From: Neoconidiobolus thromboides FSU 785 | Lineage: Eukaryota > Fungi > Entomophthoromycota | Length of the DNA: 64,000 nucleotides | Reading direction: 5' to 3' | Assembly: GCA_025603075.1 (NCBI GenBank) | Contig: MU626324.1 | Location: 40,611 to 104,610, forward strand | In this document: positions 1 to 13,746 of the stretch, piece by piece | Layout: every line of letters begins with the position of its first letter | Position numbering within the stretch: the first letter of the stretch is position 1 | Notes under the pieces: model-generated | What the model was told of the DNA's origin: nothing | The model's database searches: none | Seen by the model: the letters and a program-made list of their open reading frames with translations, nothing else | Translations under genes and position numbers: made by a program

Positions 1-112
1 AACAAAAACAGTCTTATTATTTTAGTAAAAAAACTAACAAAACATAACTTTCTATTAACTATTTTAATAAATCATTACCCTCCCCTGCTTTCAACTATTG
101 AATTTTCATGCC

Positions 113-1497
113 TTATTTTGTATACTTATTAATAATGTCTACAATTGCTAAATAAGCGCCAAGAATACAACCTACAAGAGCCACAATCAATACTAACAAC
201 ATCCAAAGATATTCCCAATAAGGTCGTCCTTTAAACCCAAATAATTTAACATGACAAATAATAGGAATAATAAACACAACAGCACAATTGGATAAAGCGC
301 CCAAAAGTGACATAAAAAATGGGAAATCAGGTACATAAATAGCAATTAATGATAAGGAGATTAAAGCCACTAATCTTATTACACTACGAATTAAAAATTC
401 ATTAATTTTACTATAATGTTCTCGATCAATATTGAATCGTTTTTCAACTTCCAATGAAAATGCACATAATGTTATTGGTATAACCAATATAACATGTAAA
501 GTTATAGTGGCAGTGGCTATAGTATTGGGCAATTCAGCTGGTAATGATTTCATTATAGGCGATTGTACATGAATACCATAAACATAGTAACCAACAATAC
601 CAATTAAAGCATAAAATAAAAAAATTGTGGTCATTGAAAATCCTAGAACCTTAGTCCAATTTTTTGGTTTTTTCATACTAGCTTCAATATGTGGATAAAC
701 TACATTACCACCAAAAGAAAATGCAATTGTAGCTAACGATACTGGTATTTCAGGCCAATTGACTACCTGTGTTTCATTTAAAGTTTGATTTTTTAAGTCT
801 AATAAACCAGCTACAACAGATACTACAACTACAACAAAGGTAGCTAAAGCTCCAAAAGAAGATAGCCAAGCTACTTCTTTTAAGGTTTTTAATGAAATAT
901 AAGGAATAATAATTACTGCCCCACCAATAGCCGTCCAAACTTCCAATGGTAATTCGGTATAATTATACGTCACTGCTAATTGATAAACATTGATACCCAC
1001 TAACATAACATACAAACAAGAGACTCCTAAGAGTGTTGTATAATGAAATATTTGTACAATAAATTTACCCCATTTTCCAAACGATGCTTCCCCAATTTCT
1101 GGATATGAGTGTAATCTCTCACCTTCTTTACAATATAAACATTCCATCAATAATCGCCCTGTATAAAAGGACATACAAGCTGATAAAGCAAGGAATAAAA
1201 CGGCTATCCAGCCCCCTTGTTTTAAGGCATAGGGGATGCCCAACGTACCAGTACCTGCAACGACGCAAACTACATTGAAATAAGCACCAAAACTCGAACC
1301 AGTACGCGAAAAGCCTTCTTCTCCTTTAATAGTTTGAGTTAAGCTGTTGTTGGAGTCACTATATATATTGGTGATGTCTAAGGAATTTGAGTTAGGGAAG
1401 AAATGTTAGGAAATTATCAAAAGTTTTTACCTTTTTTTACATTATTAGTAGAGAATGTATCTCTTAATTCATAATCATTGTCAACTGTTGTAGACAT
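113..1497 (-). CDS. Amino acid transporter, Aa_trans/AAAP family (AVT-like); 2 exons
   Basis: Polytopic hydrophobic ORF. The frame extends above the track's TTG start through SSFGAYFNVVCVVAGTGTLGIPYALKQGGW, and later contains FSFGGNVVYP. A GT-AG intron at 1378-1430 joins it in frame to an ATG at 1497 (MSTTVDNDYELRD...). Confidence 0.85.
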
Positions 1498-1861
1498 TAT
1501 GATACTTCTTTTTTATTGAAAAATTGAAGAAATCTCAAATAAAGTGGTGTTTAATTTGAATTAAAAGTTAATAAACAGAGATTATTAAAATTTGTTTTAT
1601 TTTATTTATGAAAATCTTTGTAATTTTTATCGAGAAGAACTAATTCCTTAATTTAGTAGCTTTAAATTTTACTGATTATTATTTCAATCTTTTGAATGTA
1701 ATATGAGCTATAACGTGACTTGAGAATTAAGGTGTTTTGGTATTATATAAGCGAATATATGAATTTTTTTGAGATAAAAACTATTATGTTGAGAATTTAA
1801 TATTTTAAAATATTTAATATTTTAACAATAAACAATAGTAAGTAATTAGAATCGAGAAGTT

Positions 1862-1870
1862 ATGAGTCAT
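1862..1870. promoter_or_regulatory. Perfect Gcn4/CpcA-type site ATGAGTCAT
   Basis: Exact 9-bp consensus ~365 bp upstream of the amino acid transporter ATG. It could arise by chance in AT-rich DNA. Confidence 0.25.
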
Positions 1871-2465
1871 GATTTTAAAAATTTATTCTTTCAAAATAAT
1901 ATGAAATTGGACTATTTTACTGGTAATTAATTATGATACTCCTTTGGTAATTGAGCAATTAACTAGAAATATTTATTAAGTATACTAGATCTTATTCAAA
2001 TAGGATTTAGTAAAGTTTTATTCACTAATATTAGCGAGGTAAGTTCTTAATCTTATTTTTTACTTTGCTAAATTGAATAATATAGAATTAAAGTTTTAAG
2101 AGTTGAATTTTGAAATATTAAAAAAATATAGACAGATAAAGATCTTTTTCCTCCTTTTATTTAATATAAAAAAGCCCATAAATACTTTAACTTATGGTTG
2201 TTTAAAAAAACTCTACAAAAATTAGCTTATAAAAGAGGCCTTATAAATCAATTTAATAACAGGCCCTGTTATCTTTCATAAAATATAAAAATCTAGATAA
2301 TAATAACACCAGACTATATCTTTTTGATGATAGCTTTGTTTTTTATCTGAGCCTTTATTTAAATATTTATATTGTTTAAAAGCTGATAATAACGTATTAG
2401 TAATTCGTTATAAACTATAATATTATATAAAAAGTTTTAAAATATTCTATCAGTTTTATTTTTAT

Positions 2466-2562
2466 AAATGGGGTATTTTTTCCAGTTTCATCACTTTTTC
2501 CTTTCTTTAAGTACTATTTAAGCGGAAAAATTCTTAGTAAAGTTCTTAATATGTCCCCAAAT
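2466..2562 (-). mobile_element. Family-1 MITE-like element, copy 1 (one end partly deleted)
   Basis: ATGGGGTATTTTTT...AAGTACTATTTAAGCGGAAAAATTCTTAGTAAAG...TCCCCAAAT matches the reverse of the family consensus. Confidence 0.7.
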
Positions 2563-3276
2563 TTTAAATTTAATTTTTTTATATTTTGGCTAACAAATAA
2601 GATAATGATAAGTTAATAACTTTAGCTAAAATAGGCTAATAAGTTTGCTTTTGAAATGCACCTGAATTATTTATTATATAAGTTATCTTTATTATATAAA
2701 TATCAAAATTGTTTTGAAAGTGCATCAAGTTATTTTTGAGGTCACATACTTGAATCTATCTTCAACCTTTGTTTCTTACTACCAAATCTTTATAAGTAAT
2801 GAATAGTAGTTACTGAAAGGGCACTCTTTTTTAATAAGATTTTGTCAAATTAGTTTTTTTAAATTCATTTAAAAAAGCATTTAAAATAATAGTCTTTTTA
2901 AATTTTAATCCAAAATTGTCATTTTTTATTTTAAATTAATATTGTTATGAGGAAAAAAGCTAGGAACTCGAAAATTTAAAATAATAAAGCTCATGTCTAA
3001 TTTTATTATATTCGAAGTTTAAAAGTTTTCAAAATGTTTCTAAAGAATTATAAAAAATTTATTTAAGCTTTTGATTTATCTATGTTATCAAATAATTTAA
3101 AAAAATAAAATCAAAAAATCAATCTTTTGATTTTATATCTACAAAAAAGAAAATAAAACTTTGGAAATTTATTTATATTATTCTTAATATCTCTTCAATA
3201 TAAAAAACAAAAGTTATAAAAACAAGAAGTAAAAAAGGAAAAGGCAATAAAGTTAACTAAAAGAGTACGATTGAAA

Positions 3277-6200
3277 ATGGATCCCAAAACAGAAGAAAAT
3301 GAGCGGCTAAATACATTGTATGCTGTGACTAGTTTTTGCAATAAATTACCTACTCAAACAAGTCACGAAGAGGCCAAGGCAGTAGTGATGCAACTAGTAA
3401 AGCTGATACTAAAGCAGCAAGGTGATTTTATTGTTGTTAAATATTAATAAAATTAAACACTTTTTTAGCCACGAATTCTACTAACTTGTTAACGTCTATC
3501 AATCTTATACAATATCTAGTCGTAAATCATGCCAAAAAATTGGTGGATATTGTGATTTATCCAGACTTCAATAATGTGGGCAACAAAGTGGATATAGAGC
3601 CAGATAGCAGGTTTGAGGACAATGAATATGATGAGGATGACTTAACAATCACACCATCACAGAATATCATAATTGAAACTTTCATGACACATAAATTTTT
3701 ACACTCCGAAGACGAAATACCAAACTGTAATGTTGATTACTTAATCACTTATTGTATTTTGAGATTATTTTCTAAAGAAGAGTTAGATAATAAATGTTTG
3801 GAAATATCCAATGAAACATTGAAAAATATTATTAGTGTCTATTATAAAGATTTCGAGTTTACCCATGCCTATATTTATTTTACCCACCTTTGGGCATGTT
3901 TGAAATGTAATCATCTTTATTATTTTTAAGTTTGAGATTAATCTTTTAGGTACTGTTGTGTGTATTTTAAATGAAACGTTCGACCAAGAAAAACTCAAAC
4001 CCCGAGACATATATTCAGCTGAAATCGATAAATTGACAGAGCGTTTTTATAGTGATATACCCCTTAAAAATGCAGTACTTAAGGTAATTTTTTAAATCAG
4101 CTATTTTTATTGAATCTCATCTTTTTAGAAATTCAAATTTTGTCTTCAACCGGAAATAACAAGTATTAAAAATGCATTAGCTTATTTGAAAAGACTTGCT
4201 AAAATTATATTATACATGATGGAGCAATATGAAGGGCTATCAAACTACTGCCCAAGGATGCTTGACTTCTTTATCCAATTGTATCAAGATAGAGATGATA
4301 CTGAAATCTTAGAGGTAATAGTTTGTCAATAATTGCTCACAATGGATTTACTTCTTTATAATAGGTTTTAATCTTAATGAGCAATGTTGACGAATTTGAT
4401 TCATGGGTTCGCCCTTATAGCAAAACTCTACAGCAGAACATTTTTGAATCAGTGCTATTCTATGCCTCTAATTCACTTAGAAACCAAATTACTTTGTAAG
4501 TTTGTTATTTTGTTTATTTATCATACTAAATTTTTGTAAAGAACAGAAAAGGAAAAAGAAAATCTTATAAGGCAGGAAAGAATTTTTAGCAGAGCTCTAC
4601 CTCTTGCTTCACGATCCAGCTATTCCCACGGACAAACTAACTTTCCCAGTACTGATTATTTACATAATCTTGTAACAACTTTTTATCATTCACCTCCTTA
4701 TGATGTTGCCATTCTAGTAAGTTTCGATAGATATATCTAAGCTAATATTAAATTTTTATTAGATATCATTATGCAAGTATTTATGCAAGTATTTAAGTTC
4801 TTTTAGTGATTACCACTTAATTGAAAAGTTAGGATATAACTTTAAATTCCCAACAATTCATTCACAGCTATTTAATTTGATGGGATTAAACCAACTTATT
4901 CAGTATTATTGGAAAGAAGAAGTTTTTGATGGAGAATTTTATTTTGATATTAACCCAGTAAGTTTATTTTTATTATAAAAGCTATTCAATTTTTGACTTT
5001 TTTGTAATAGGATATTTTAGAGCATAACAATGAAGATGGCTATACAGATTCAGAACTAGAAGCTGAAGAAATGGGGTAGCTAAAAGTTTTTGTATTTATT
5101 CAAATAATTAATAGGATTCAATTCATTAGGATTACAAAGAAGTTCAAGATATCACATAACAAAGAAACACTCATCAGTAGCACAAAGCCCCGTAAAATAG
5201 GTAGAGGAAGATTCTCAGTGACAGAAAATCTCGATATAATAGATGAAATGATAATCGATGGTAGCCAGAGAAGTAATTTTGAAGCTACAGTATTGGGCTT
5301 TTTAAGTTTGTCTTTTAAAGCATGCTATCAAAAAATTACTAAAGAGGGTAGTTTGGATTGCAGCGATTTTCTTGCTTTTAGTGAGCTATTCACTACTTTT
5401 GGCACTTCACGTTTTAAAGATTATGCTTTCATCTTGGAAAAGTTCCTTGACCTTGCTATGGATGCCATAAAGCTATGGATTGAAGTAAATTGATCTATGT
5501 GAATGAATAATTATTTAATGAGCTTAACTTTAGGAAATTAGTAATGACATTGAATCTTTTTGCTTAAAAAATGTAGTCAGTTTTATTAGAGATATTTCTA
5601 TCTTAGCTACTATTAATACAAAATACACAGGTAATTTTATTAATACAAAGATACAAAGGATTAATTTTTATAGGAGAAAATGCTATTAAGTTTTATAAGA
5701 TTTTTTCAGCAGTATGGAGCTATGAACTAGAAACTTCTAATATCGACTTTAACATTGAAAATCGAGAAGTAGATTCAAAAATGATTGAAATGCGTGATGA
5801 ATATATTATTGAGCTTGGAAACATATTAGGTGGATACAAAATTGATTTGAGTAAGGTAAAAAATGACCAAACAGTTTATAACTCTATGTTACTTGAAACA
5901 TTAAAAGGCTTTTCTTGCTTGAAAATTGATAATTTCTCCTTTATTAAAGGATATGCTTTATTGGTATCCCTTGCAAAACCAGAGTCAGACGAACTTAACA
6001 TTGAAGCTCGTCGATTAAGCCCCATTTTTATTCAAACTAGTCCCGATAAATCAAAAAAAAAACTTTTCCAAGGGATTTTGGAATTCTTGAAGTAAATTAA
6101 TACATTAAATCTTTACTTTTTTAATCATTGTACACTAGGCCTGTACCTATAGATGATGTTCATAATGCTGACGAGATTAATTATGGTTCAGTTAGAACTT

Positions 6201-9200
6201 TTGGTATGTTATTTTGCGCCTATTCTGGCTTATGCGAAAATCCAAGTAGTGTATTTGATGGTGACTCAAACATTATGTTTTGTAATTTGTGCGATGTTGT
6301 ATCTTCAAATAACCCTCATAGAAATTCTAAGGTAAAAAATACATTAAGTAGGAAGCATCTAATAGATAAGGAGCTCTTAAAAAGTTTTGATTGGAGTGTC
6401 TACTTAACATATCTAGATAGTAGAAATGCTTCTTTAATAAGAGAATTATGTATGAATAGTTTCTATAAAATCATTTCTCATTCCCCATCAATTGATCTTA
6501 GCAAAGACATTCCTGTGATCATCAATGTTTGTTTTAACTTTTTAAAGGATGCTAGTCATAAAGTAAGACATATAGCTAACTTAATATTAGTAAAGACTGT
6601 AGAATCTGAAAATAAGGCTGAGATTAAAGAAATTAATTATCGGATAGTATTTGATAAAATTGAAGCAAGCTTTATTGATTCTAGTAAATTCGCAAGTAGA
6701 AATATTCTTTATTCATTAATAGATGAGCTTGCGTTTAATGCACCCGAATTTATATTAGCTAAAATTATAGATTTACTAATCAAATTACTTATGGACGCTA
6801 ATGTTATAGATGCAGCGATGATCAGTAATCGAATTCAAAATATTGAAAGGAATAAAAAAACTTGTCTTAAAGAGATTTTTGAGCCACTGTGGGATTATTT
6901 GGTTCCGACCATATTAATTGATTTAGAAAAGGGACGTCGTGCTATTAAAAAGTTAGCACATTTAATGGGATTTTATGTTAGTGATTTAGCTCAAATAATA
7001 CATCCCTTTATTTTGCCACAAATTATGTTGAATTGTGATACCAAGAGTTTAGATATTTTGTGTTTGGTTAGTGCTCAAGGCCCAAATGAAAATACAGAAG
7101 TAAATTTAGATTCGACTGAAATTGCTAGGTTGAGGGCTAGTATATGTTTAGCCAATTTAGATAAAATTTTGTCTATTTTACTTCTTGACTTGAAGAATAA
7201 TGATGAGCCTATGAGTTTGTTTCTACAGATTGTATCTGAGGAAGATAAACCTTTTTCACTTGCCAAAGCGATAAAGTACTGCACTGATGATTTGGTAGAA
7301 AATTTAGTGTTTGAGCTCGGAAGTCCAGATAATATAAGGAAGAAAGAAGTAAAGAAAATTTTAAGTTAGCTATATTTTATACTTATTTGATTTAGGCTCT
7401 TGACGCTTTAAGTTTAGTAGCTAATGCTCTAGATGAATCCAACGGTCAAAATGAAGCAAAAAGTGAAGTAAAAGACTTGTTAGCATCAAAATTCATGGGA
7501 TTTGTTTCAAGGTTTAATATCAAATTGATGAATAAAACAGATAATACAATAAACTCTATTCATCTAAAAATGATCACTGGTGTAGATCGAGTCATTTCAA
7601 TAATTGATTCAAGGGTAGATGAGTATGTAACCCAAATACAGGCATTTTTAAGAACTATATTGAGATTTAGAAAGCACCTCACCATTGCTTTAGAAGTTTG
7701 GAAAAATTACATATTTACTCTTGATGAAAGGTCTTTAGCTTTGGTACTAAATGTAGCAGTAGTAACCTTGACAGAGATTTATAGTAAACTTTCAAAAAAG
7801 CAAAAAAGAATCGTAATAGAGATATTGGATGACATATTTAAAAGGTGCTCGGAGGATCGTTCGCTCAATGATTTATCTTTCAAAAAAGAAGATTACTTGA
7901 AATGTATAGGGGAACTTAGTTTACTTCCAGAGAATATTGAAGAGTTCTCAAAGTACAACAAAAAGATTAAAAAACTAAATTCTACAAAAAACATTGAAGA
8001 GCTCGCTAATCTCCTAATCAGTAATACGAATCACCTAAATAGAGTAGGAAGAGAAAGAGCATTAGAGAAGCTTTATGAGTTTCTATGTGATAACCAAGAT
8101 GTGATATCAAGTTGGGCAATCGAAGTTCCAACAAATACAGTTATTGATAATGCTATTAAACAGCTGATGGACATAATTCACAAACATAAAGAGCAAGATG
8201 ATGAAAAAACCAGATATTTAGTTGCTAAATGCTTTGGGGCTATTGGAGCTATTGATCCAAATTGTTTCGAATTTAAACACACACCAAAAAGAAAATTAAT
8301 GTTGTTCGATCCTGATTCTAAAGATTCATGCATGAAACTTGCCGCAGATCTAATAAGTAGTAAATTAGTTGAGTTATACCACAAATCGGAAAATTACTCT
8401 GTTCAAATATCGATATCATACTGTTTGCAGGAGTTAATTTCTTTATGTTCATTTGATGATCCAGATATGGATAGTAAGGAGTATAATACAGATAAAACAA
8501 TATCACCTAGACTTTGGTTTAGCTTTCCACAATCCACAAGAGAAACACTTCAAGCTTTTACGAGAACTAGACTATCAACTTGGCCTTCAACCGCAGAAAA
8601 ACTTGTATATCCTTATTATAGCCCAGGATTAAATTTCCAAACATGGGTCAAGTCATGGACCATGGATCTCATTGATTATATAGAAGGGGAGTATTCTAGT
8701 CAGCTTTTCAAGCCTTGTTATTATTCAGCGAGTAGCTTTATTGACATTTCGCTCTTTTTATTACCATATATTATATTGACATTGATTGTTAGAAACAATA
8801 TAAATATAAAAGTGGGACTTTCAAAGGAATTTAACGCTATTTTAGATATATGGGAAGAAGCCGATAAGTTTAAAGATAAAAAGCTTGATCCACAGCCAAT
8901 CCATTTAATTATTAATATTATTGAAGGCTTGAGTCAAATCAAAATGGATATGGAAATACATTTATTTGAGATGTATAATGGTGTATATGGGGATAGTCTT
9001 GGTATGATTAAAAAAAGTATAGAAAAAGATGAAGCTTATTCTAGGTTAAAGAACTTTATCAAAGATATATCGCCATTCAAATTGGCAAAAGCGGCTATTA
9101 ATTCAAACTGTTATTATGAGGCTTCGAAATATTTAGAGCAATGCATTAAAATTGAAGAAGCTAAAAATAACTCAAATCAGAAAGTACTAGGTGATTTGAA

Positions 9201-12200
9201 TGATGATCTACATTTTGTCTATTCAAAAATAAATGATGAGGATAGTGCAAAGGCAATAATAGATAAATTGGATACCAAAACTATCGAACATAAAGTTCGA
9301 AATTATGAAGCTATTAAAAATTGGTTAGCAGTAGAAACGAGCTATGAAACATTAAGTAGAAGCAATTCGACCAATTTGGAGAATCAGGTTGGTTTTACAA
9401 ATTGTTTGCAAAAATTAGGCTATCATGGGTTAACTAAAAACTATATTCAAGAAATCATTGGGAAGGATCCGGAACGGGAAGCAGATAGTGGATTAATGAG
9501 AGTATTGGATGAATGCTCTTGGAGGGTTTGTAGTTGGGGCGACCCGGATAAGTACTTGAACGATAACACTTTCGATAACGTTGATAAATCCTTAGGCCAA
9601 ACATTACTTTCATTTAAAAAGAATAACGGAAAGGGATTTGATGCTGTCAAACTAGAAAATACATGGATGAAGATGTTACCAGATTTTACAATAACTATGG
9701 ATAAGTCATATACTGATGGCTATGAGTCATTAATGTGGGCTCATATGCTATATGAAGTTGAAGACTTTAACAAGTCTTTAGGTGAAGCAGTTAATAATGA
9801 AGATCAAATTGATATAATAAAAAACAAAGCGGCCAAATGGGATTCAAGGCTAAAGGTGGTAGCCCCAACTTATAAAGCTCAAGAAAAAATATTGAATTTG
9901 CAACGATCATTGGTTACCATGTATACTAGTCTTCCAGCACCGACAACTTATAATACTCAAACTGTAAGGGCCTCGGACAAAATTAAAGAAGCTTTGGCTA
10001 TTAATTTAGTCAAAAGTTCAAAAATTTCAAGAAAAGGAGGATACTACCAAACCTCATTAATTTCTATCCATGAATTCCCAGAATCTGATAATCCCCTTTT
10101 TATCATAGAGAAGGCAAAATGGTATCGAGGTCAAAACGATATACATAGTGCAATGAGAGTTTTGTCCAACAAGCTTAAAACTGATAATGCAGAAAAGGAG
10201 ATTGATTCGAAGCGCTCTAGTAGAAATGGATTTGTTAAAGATGATAAAAATATCTCAGAAATTCGACTTGAATTGATAAAATATCAAATTGAAGCTAATA
10301 CTGAGAGTTATGTAGATATCCTTGGTGAATTGGATAAAGTTATTAAAAGTCAACCACATTGGGATAAAGCCCATTATATATCAGCGCTTTATTATTTAAA
10401 TCAAATGGAAGATGAATTAAATGGGCGTGAAGAAAATATTAAATATGACTCTTTAGTACTTAATCTATCAAATGCTGCGGAGCATACCCTAAAATGTTTG
10501 ATGAGTAGCTCCAAATATATTTATCAATTACTTCCAAGAATTATTACTTATTGGTTGGATTATTGTGACACAACTTCAGTCAAAGAATATAACAAAAAAT
10601 ATGTAGATCTGGTGAATAAATATTTAAAGGGTATGGCTGAAAAACTAAAACCTTACCAATTCTTACCAGTATTGTCTCAATTAATATCAAGAGTATGTGT
10701 AGGATGCAAAGACTTATATAAAATACTTAGTGCTATGATCATAAAGATATTTATAGCATATCCCGATCAAACATTATGGGGATTTTTTAGTTCATTTTTA
10801 TCAGAAGACAAGACTAGAAAAGCGCTTAGTATTAAAATAATTGATAAAAGTTCACAAGAAAATAGTAGAGTAGGGGAAATTTACAAGGAAATGTTGAAGT
10901 TTGAAAGGTTTTTACTTCAACTCAAAAAACTATCTCGAAGCGAAAATCTAAGACCAGGGGCATATAAATTACAAGATGTTATACCTAATTTTGATACTAA
11001 ATATCAATTTACTTCATTGTTAATTCCAATAGAATCTCAACTAAAGTTTACCTTACCAAATGATATGAACACGAATTATGATAATAATTTGAACTTCAAC
11101 CCTTATAATAACAATTTGATTACAATGAATGGATTTGGTTCAAAGTTACTAGTTATGCCATCAATGATGCGTCCCATCAGATTTGAAATTAAAGGAAGTG
11201 ATGGAAATTTATACAGATTTTTATGTAAACCAAAAGATGACTTAAGGAAAGATGCTAGATTAATGGAGTTTTGTAATATATTGAATAAAATGTTTTATAA
11301 AAATCCGGAAAGTCGAATGAGACACATTAATATCAAAACATTCACTGCACTTCCTATTAATAATTCGGTAGGATTGGTTGAATGGGTGAACGATACAGAA
11401 TGTGTTAAGACTATTATTACAAGTGAATTAAATAAGATAGGTATTGGAGGCAATGATTTATACCTTACTTTAAAAAATGTCCTTGATGCCAAATTAGCAA
11501 CTACAAGAGTCAAAAGGATAGATAAGTTTGAGAACAAAGCTAAACCGGCATGTCCACCAGTCTTAATAAATTGGTTTTATAGGCAGTTTCCTAACGCTGA
11601 AGAGTTATATATTGCAAGGAATAAATTTGCACATTCTTTAGCAGCTATGTCAATAGTTGGCTACATTGTCGGCTTAGGTGATAGGCATGGAGAAAATTTG
11701 ATGGTAGATACAAAAAGTGGCCAAGTAATGCATGTGGATTTTTCGTGCCTATTCGAACAAGGGCTTGATTTGAGTGTACCAGAGCTTGTCCCATTTAGAT
11801 TGACTCATAATTTCGAAGCAATTTTAGGACCCTCAGGATGTGAAGGTGCTTTCCGTACAACATGTGAGATTGTATTACAAATCATGACTGATAATAAGCA
11901 GATTTTAACATCCAACTTAACTACCTTTTTACATGACCCGTTGGTTGACTTTAATAAGATCCGTCAACCAGCTGATCCTAGTGCTATTAATTTTATTGAT
12001 GCAATTAGAACTGAAAGAATGAGGTTTTTAGAAGAGAAATCCAAAAAACGGCCTCATCCCCGTTTATCCGAGTTTGCACCTGTAAATTCGCCAATAGCTT
12101 TGTGGGTCCTTAAGAGAATTTCTTATAAATTGGATGGTGGATATGGAACTAATATTAAATTATCCCGAAGTGGTTTAGTGACTAGATTGATTAAAGAAGC

Positions 12201-12255
12201 CACAGACTCAGAGAATTTGTTCTTAATGTATATTGGCTGGGGTAGCGTCTACTAA
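3277..12255 (+). CDS. MEC1: ATR/Mec1/Rad3 PIKK checkpoint kinase (multi-exon; 5' exon boundaries approximate)
   Basis: The 1592-aa ORF has the ATR kinase motifs KGSDG..FLCKPKDDLRKDARLMEF, GLGDRHGENL, HVDFSCLFEQG..VPELVPFRLTHN and the FATC end LIKEAT..NL..MYIGW. Upstream HEAT-like ORF pieces (3486, 5218, 5781, 6128) are linked by about a dozen short GT-AG introns, the last at 7349-7396. First in-frame ATG is at 3277. Confidence 0.9.
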
Positions 12256-12375
12256 AATTAAGTCAAAATAAAACTATTGATCTTATGTAAGTGAAATTGT
12301 TTGTTTATTTTGTTATAAAATAGGTTCGATTTTAATATCTTTTTACCTTATATCTAACTATACTGTTTGCTAAAC

Positions 12376-12482
12376 ATGTGGGGGTATATTTTTTCACTTA
12401 AGAATTTTACTAGTAATTTTTCCACTCAAATGGTACTTAAAAAATGAAAAAAATAATGAAACCAAAAAAAACATCCCCATAT
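12376..12482 (+). mobile_element. Family-1 MITE-like element, copy 2
   Basis: ATGTGGGGGTATATTTTTT...TTTTCCACTCAAATGGTACTTAA...AAAACATCCCCATAT, 120 bp after the ATR stop. Confidence 0.8.
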
Positions 12483-13004
12483 AGTGCCCAAAATACTGTC
12501 AATGGCTGTGATGATGAGATTACTGATGGTTACCGTATTTGAACCATTATTAAACAATAAAAGTGTTATTAATGAATCTCCAATCAAAAGTGAGTCCAAA
12601 AAAACCACAAACATATATAATATTATAGGTCGTTAGTCATTTTATTTTCTTTATGAAATATGTTTTTTATAGTTTATTTTAAATCTAAAACTCGGAATTT
12701 TTTCTATGAATATAAAACAAACTAGAAATAAATATAATATTAAAAGGCAGTAATTAATATGGTGATCTCTTATTTAATTTCATTTATTTGGTTGTTTTTG
12801 AATCTATTGAGTGGAAATTTTATTAATAGAGTCTTTAAACAAAAAAAAGATGTGCATGTGTTTTGAGTTAGCTGTATTTTAGTTATGATTCTTTTGAACT
12901 AAAATATGATTTGTAACTTATTTTAAAATATCATTAATATAAAATAGAGAAGTATGAATTTAATAGTAACTGAAATTGAAAGGTATCCCTTGTAGCAAGA
13001 ATAG

Positions 13005-13632
13005 CTATTCCTCTTTTTCGCCTTCAGCATTAAGAGTAGCAGGGATGTTTGAATTGGTGTTTTCTTTATGATTAGTACTATTACTACTATTGTTTAAATT
13101 ATTGTTTTGTGTAGTTGCATTATTTAATGAAGCTTGGATAGCTGCTAATGTGTTTTCTTTTTGTGCTTGTTTACTATTCTTAGCATTATTGATTAAGCCG
13201 ACTTTTCCAATATAACTATTGGAGATATTTGGTTTACGAATAGTCCTGATTTCTTCAGATGCAAATCCTGGTATTCTTATATTCCAATTTCTCTCTGTTT
13301 ATTATTAAATTACTTAATCCTATATTTATTTTTGATTTTATTTACCTAAATGAAGCTGCACGTCTTTTACTTCCAAATTTTGTGTTTTACGGTGCTTGGC
13401 TAATCGACATGCTGTACCTACAACGCTTTCAATAAATTCATCTGCTATTTCTAATAAAATCTATATATAAAAATTAACTGTCTAGCCATTGAAATATTCT
13501 TTTACTTACATCTTCTGCGTCTGGATCCATTCTTTCTAATGGGTTTATTTTGCTAACCAAATCTTGTATTCTACGCTTTGACACCAATTTTGTGTTTTCA
13601 CTCATCCCTATAGTGCGTGGTTTTGGTTGCAT
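13005..13632 (-). CDS. TAF12: TFIID subunit TAF12 (histone fold); 3 exons
   Basis: Spliced [27 protein letters not shown]|[38 protein letters not shown]|[11 protein letters not shown]. Introns at 13461-13509 and ~13295-13345; TAG at 13005. Confidence 0.9.
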
Positions 13633-13692
13633 TGTTAAAAAATGAAAATGAAATTTTACAAAATTAGAAATAAAATGTAATCTCATCTAAAA

Positions 13693-13701
13693 CGATTGGC
13701 T
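13693..13701 (-). promoter_or_regulatory. CCAAT box (AGCCAATCG) in the TAF12/PIG-X divergent promoter
   Basis: Matches the NF-Y/HAP consensus. A second CCAAT lies at 13710-13714 in the ~115-bp intergenic gap. Confidence 0.35.
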
Positions 13702-13746
13702 TGAATGCACCAATAAAATAGAAGACGTAATTTTTTTAAAAATAAC

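Noticed and set aside
1084-1278. 64-aa plus-strand ORF
   Set aside because: Antisense shadow of the transporter.
3783-11537. Short ORFs at 3783, 6153, 7075, 8178, 8318, 9447 and 11295
   Set aside because: Antisense or off-frame shadows within ATR exons.
12426-12614. 62-aa hydrophobic minus-strand ORF
   Set aside because: Its last third is family-1 sequence and no motif is recognisable. A small gene interrupted by the insertion cannot be excluded but is unsupported.
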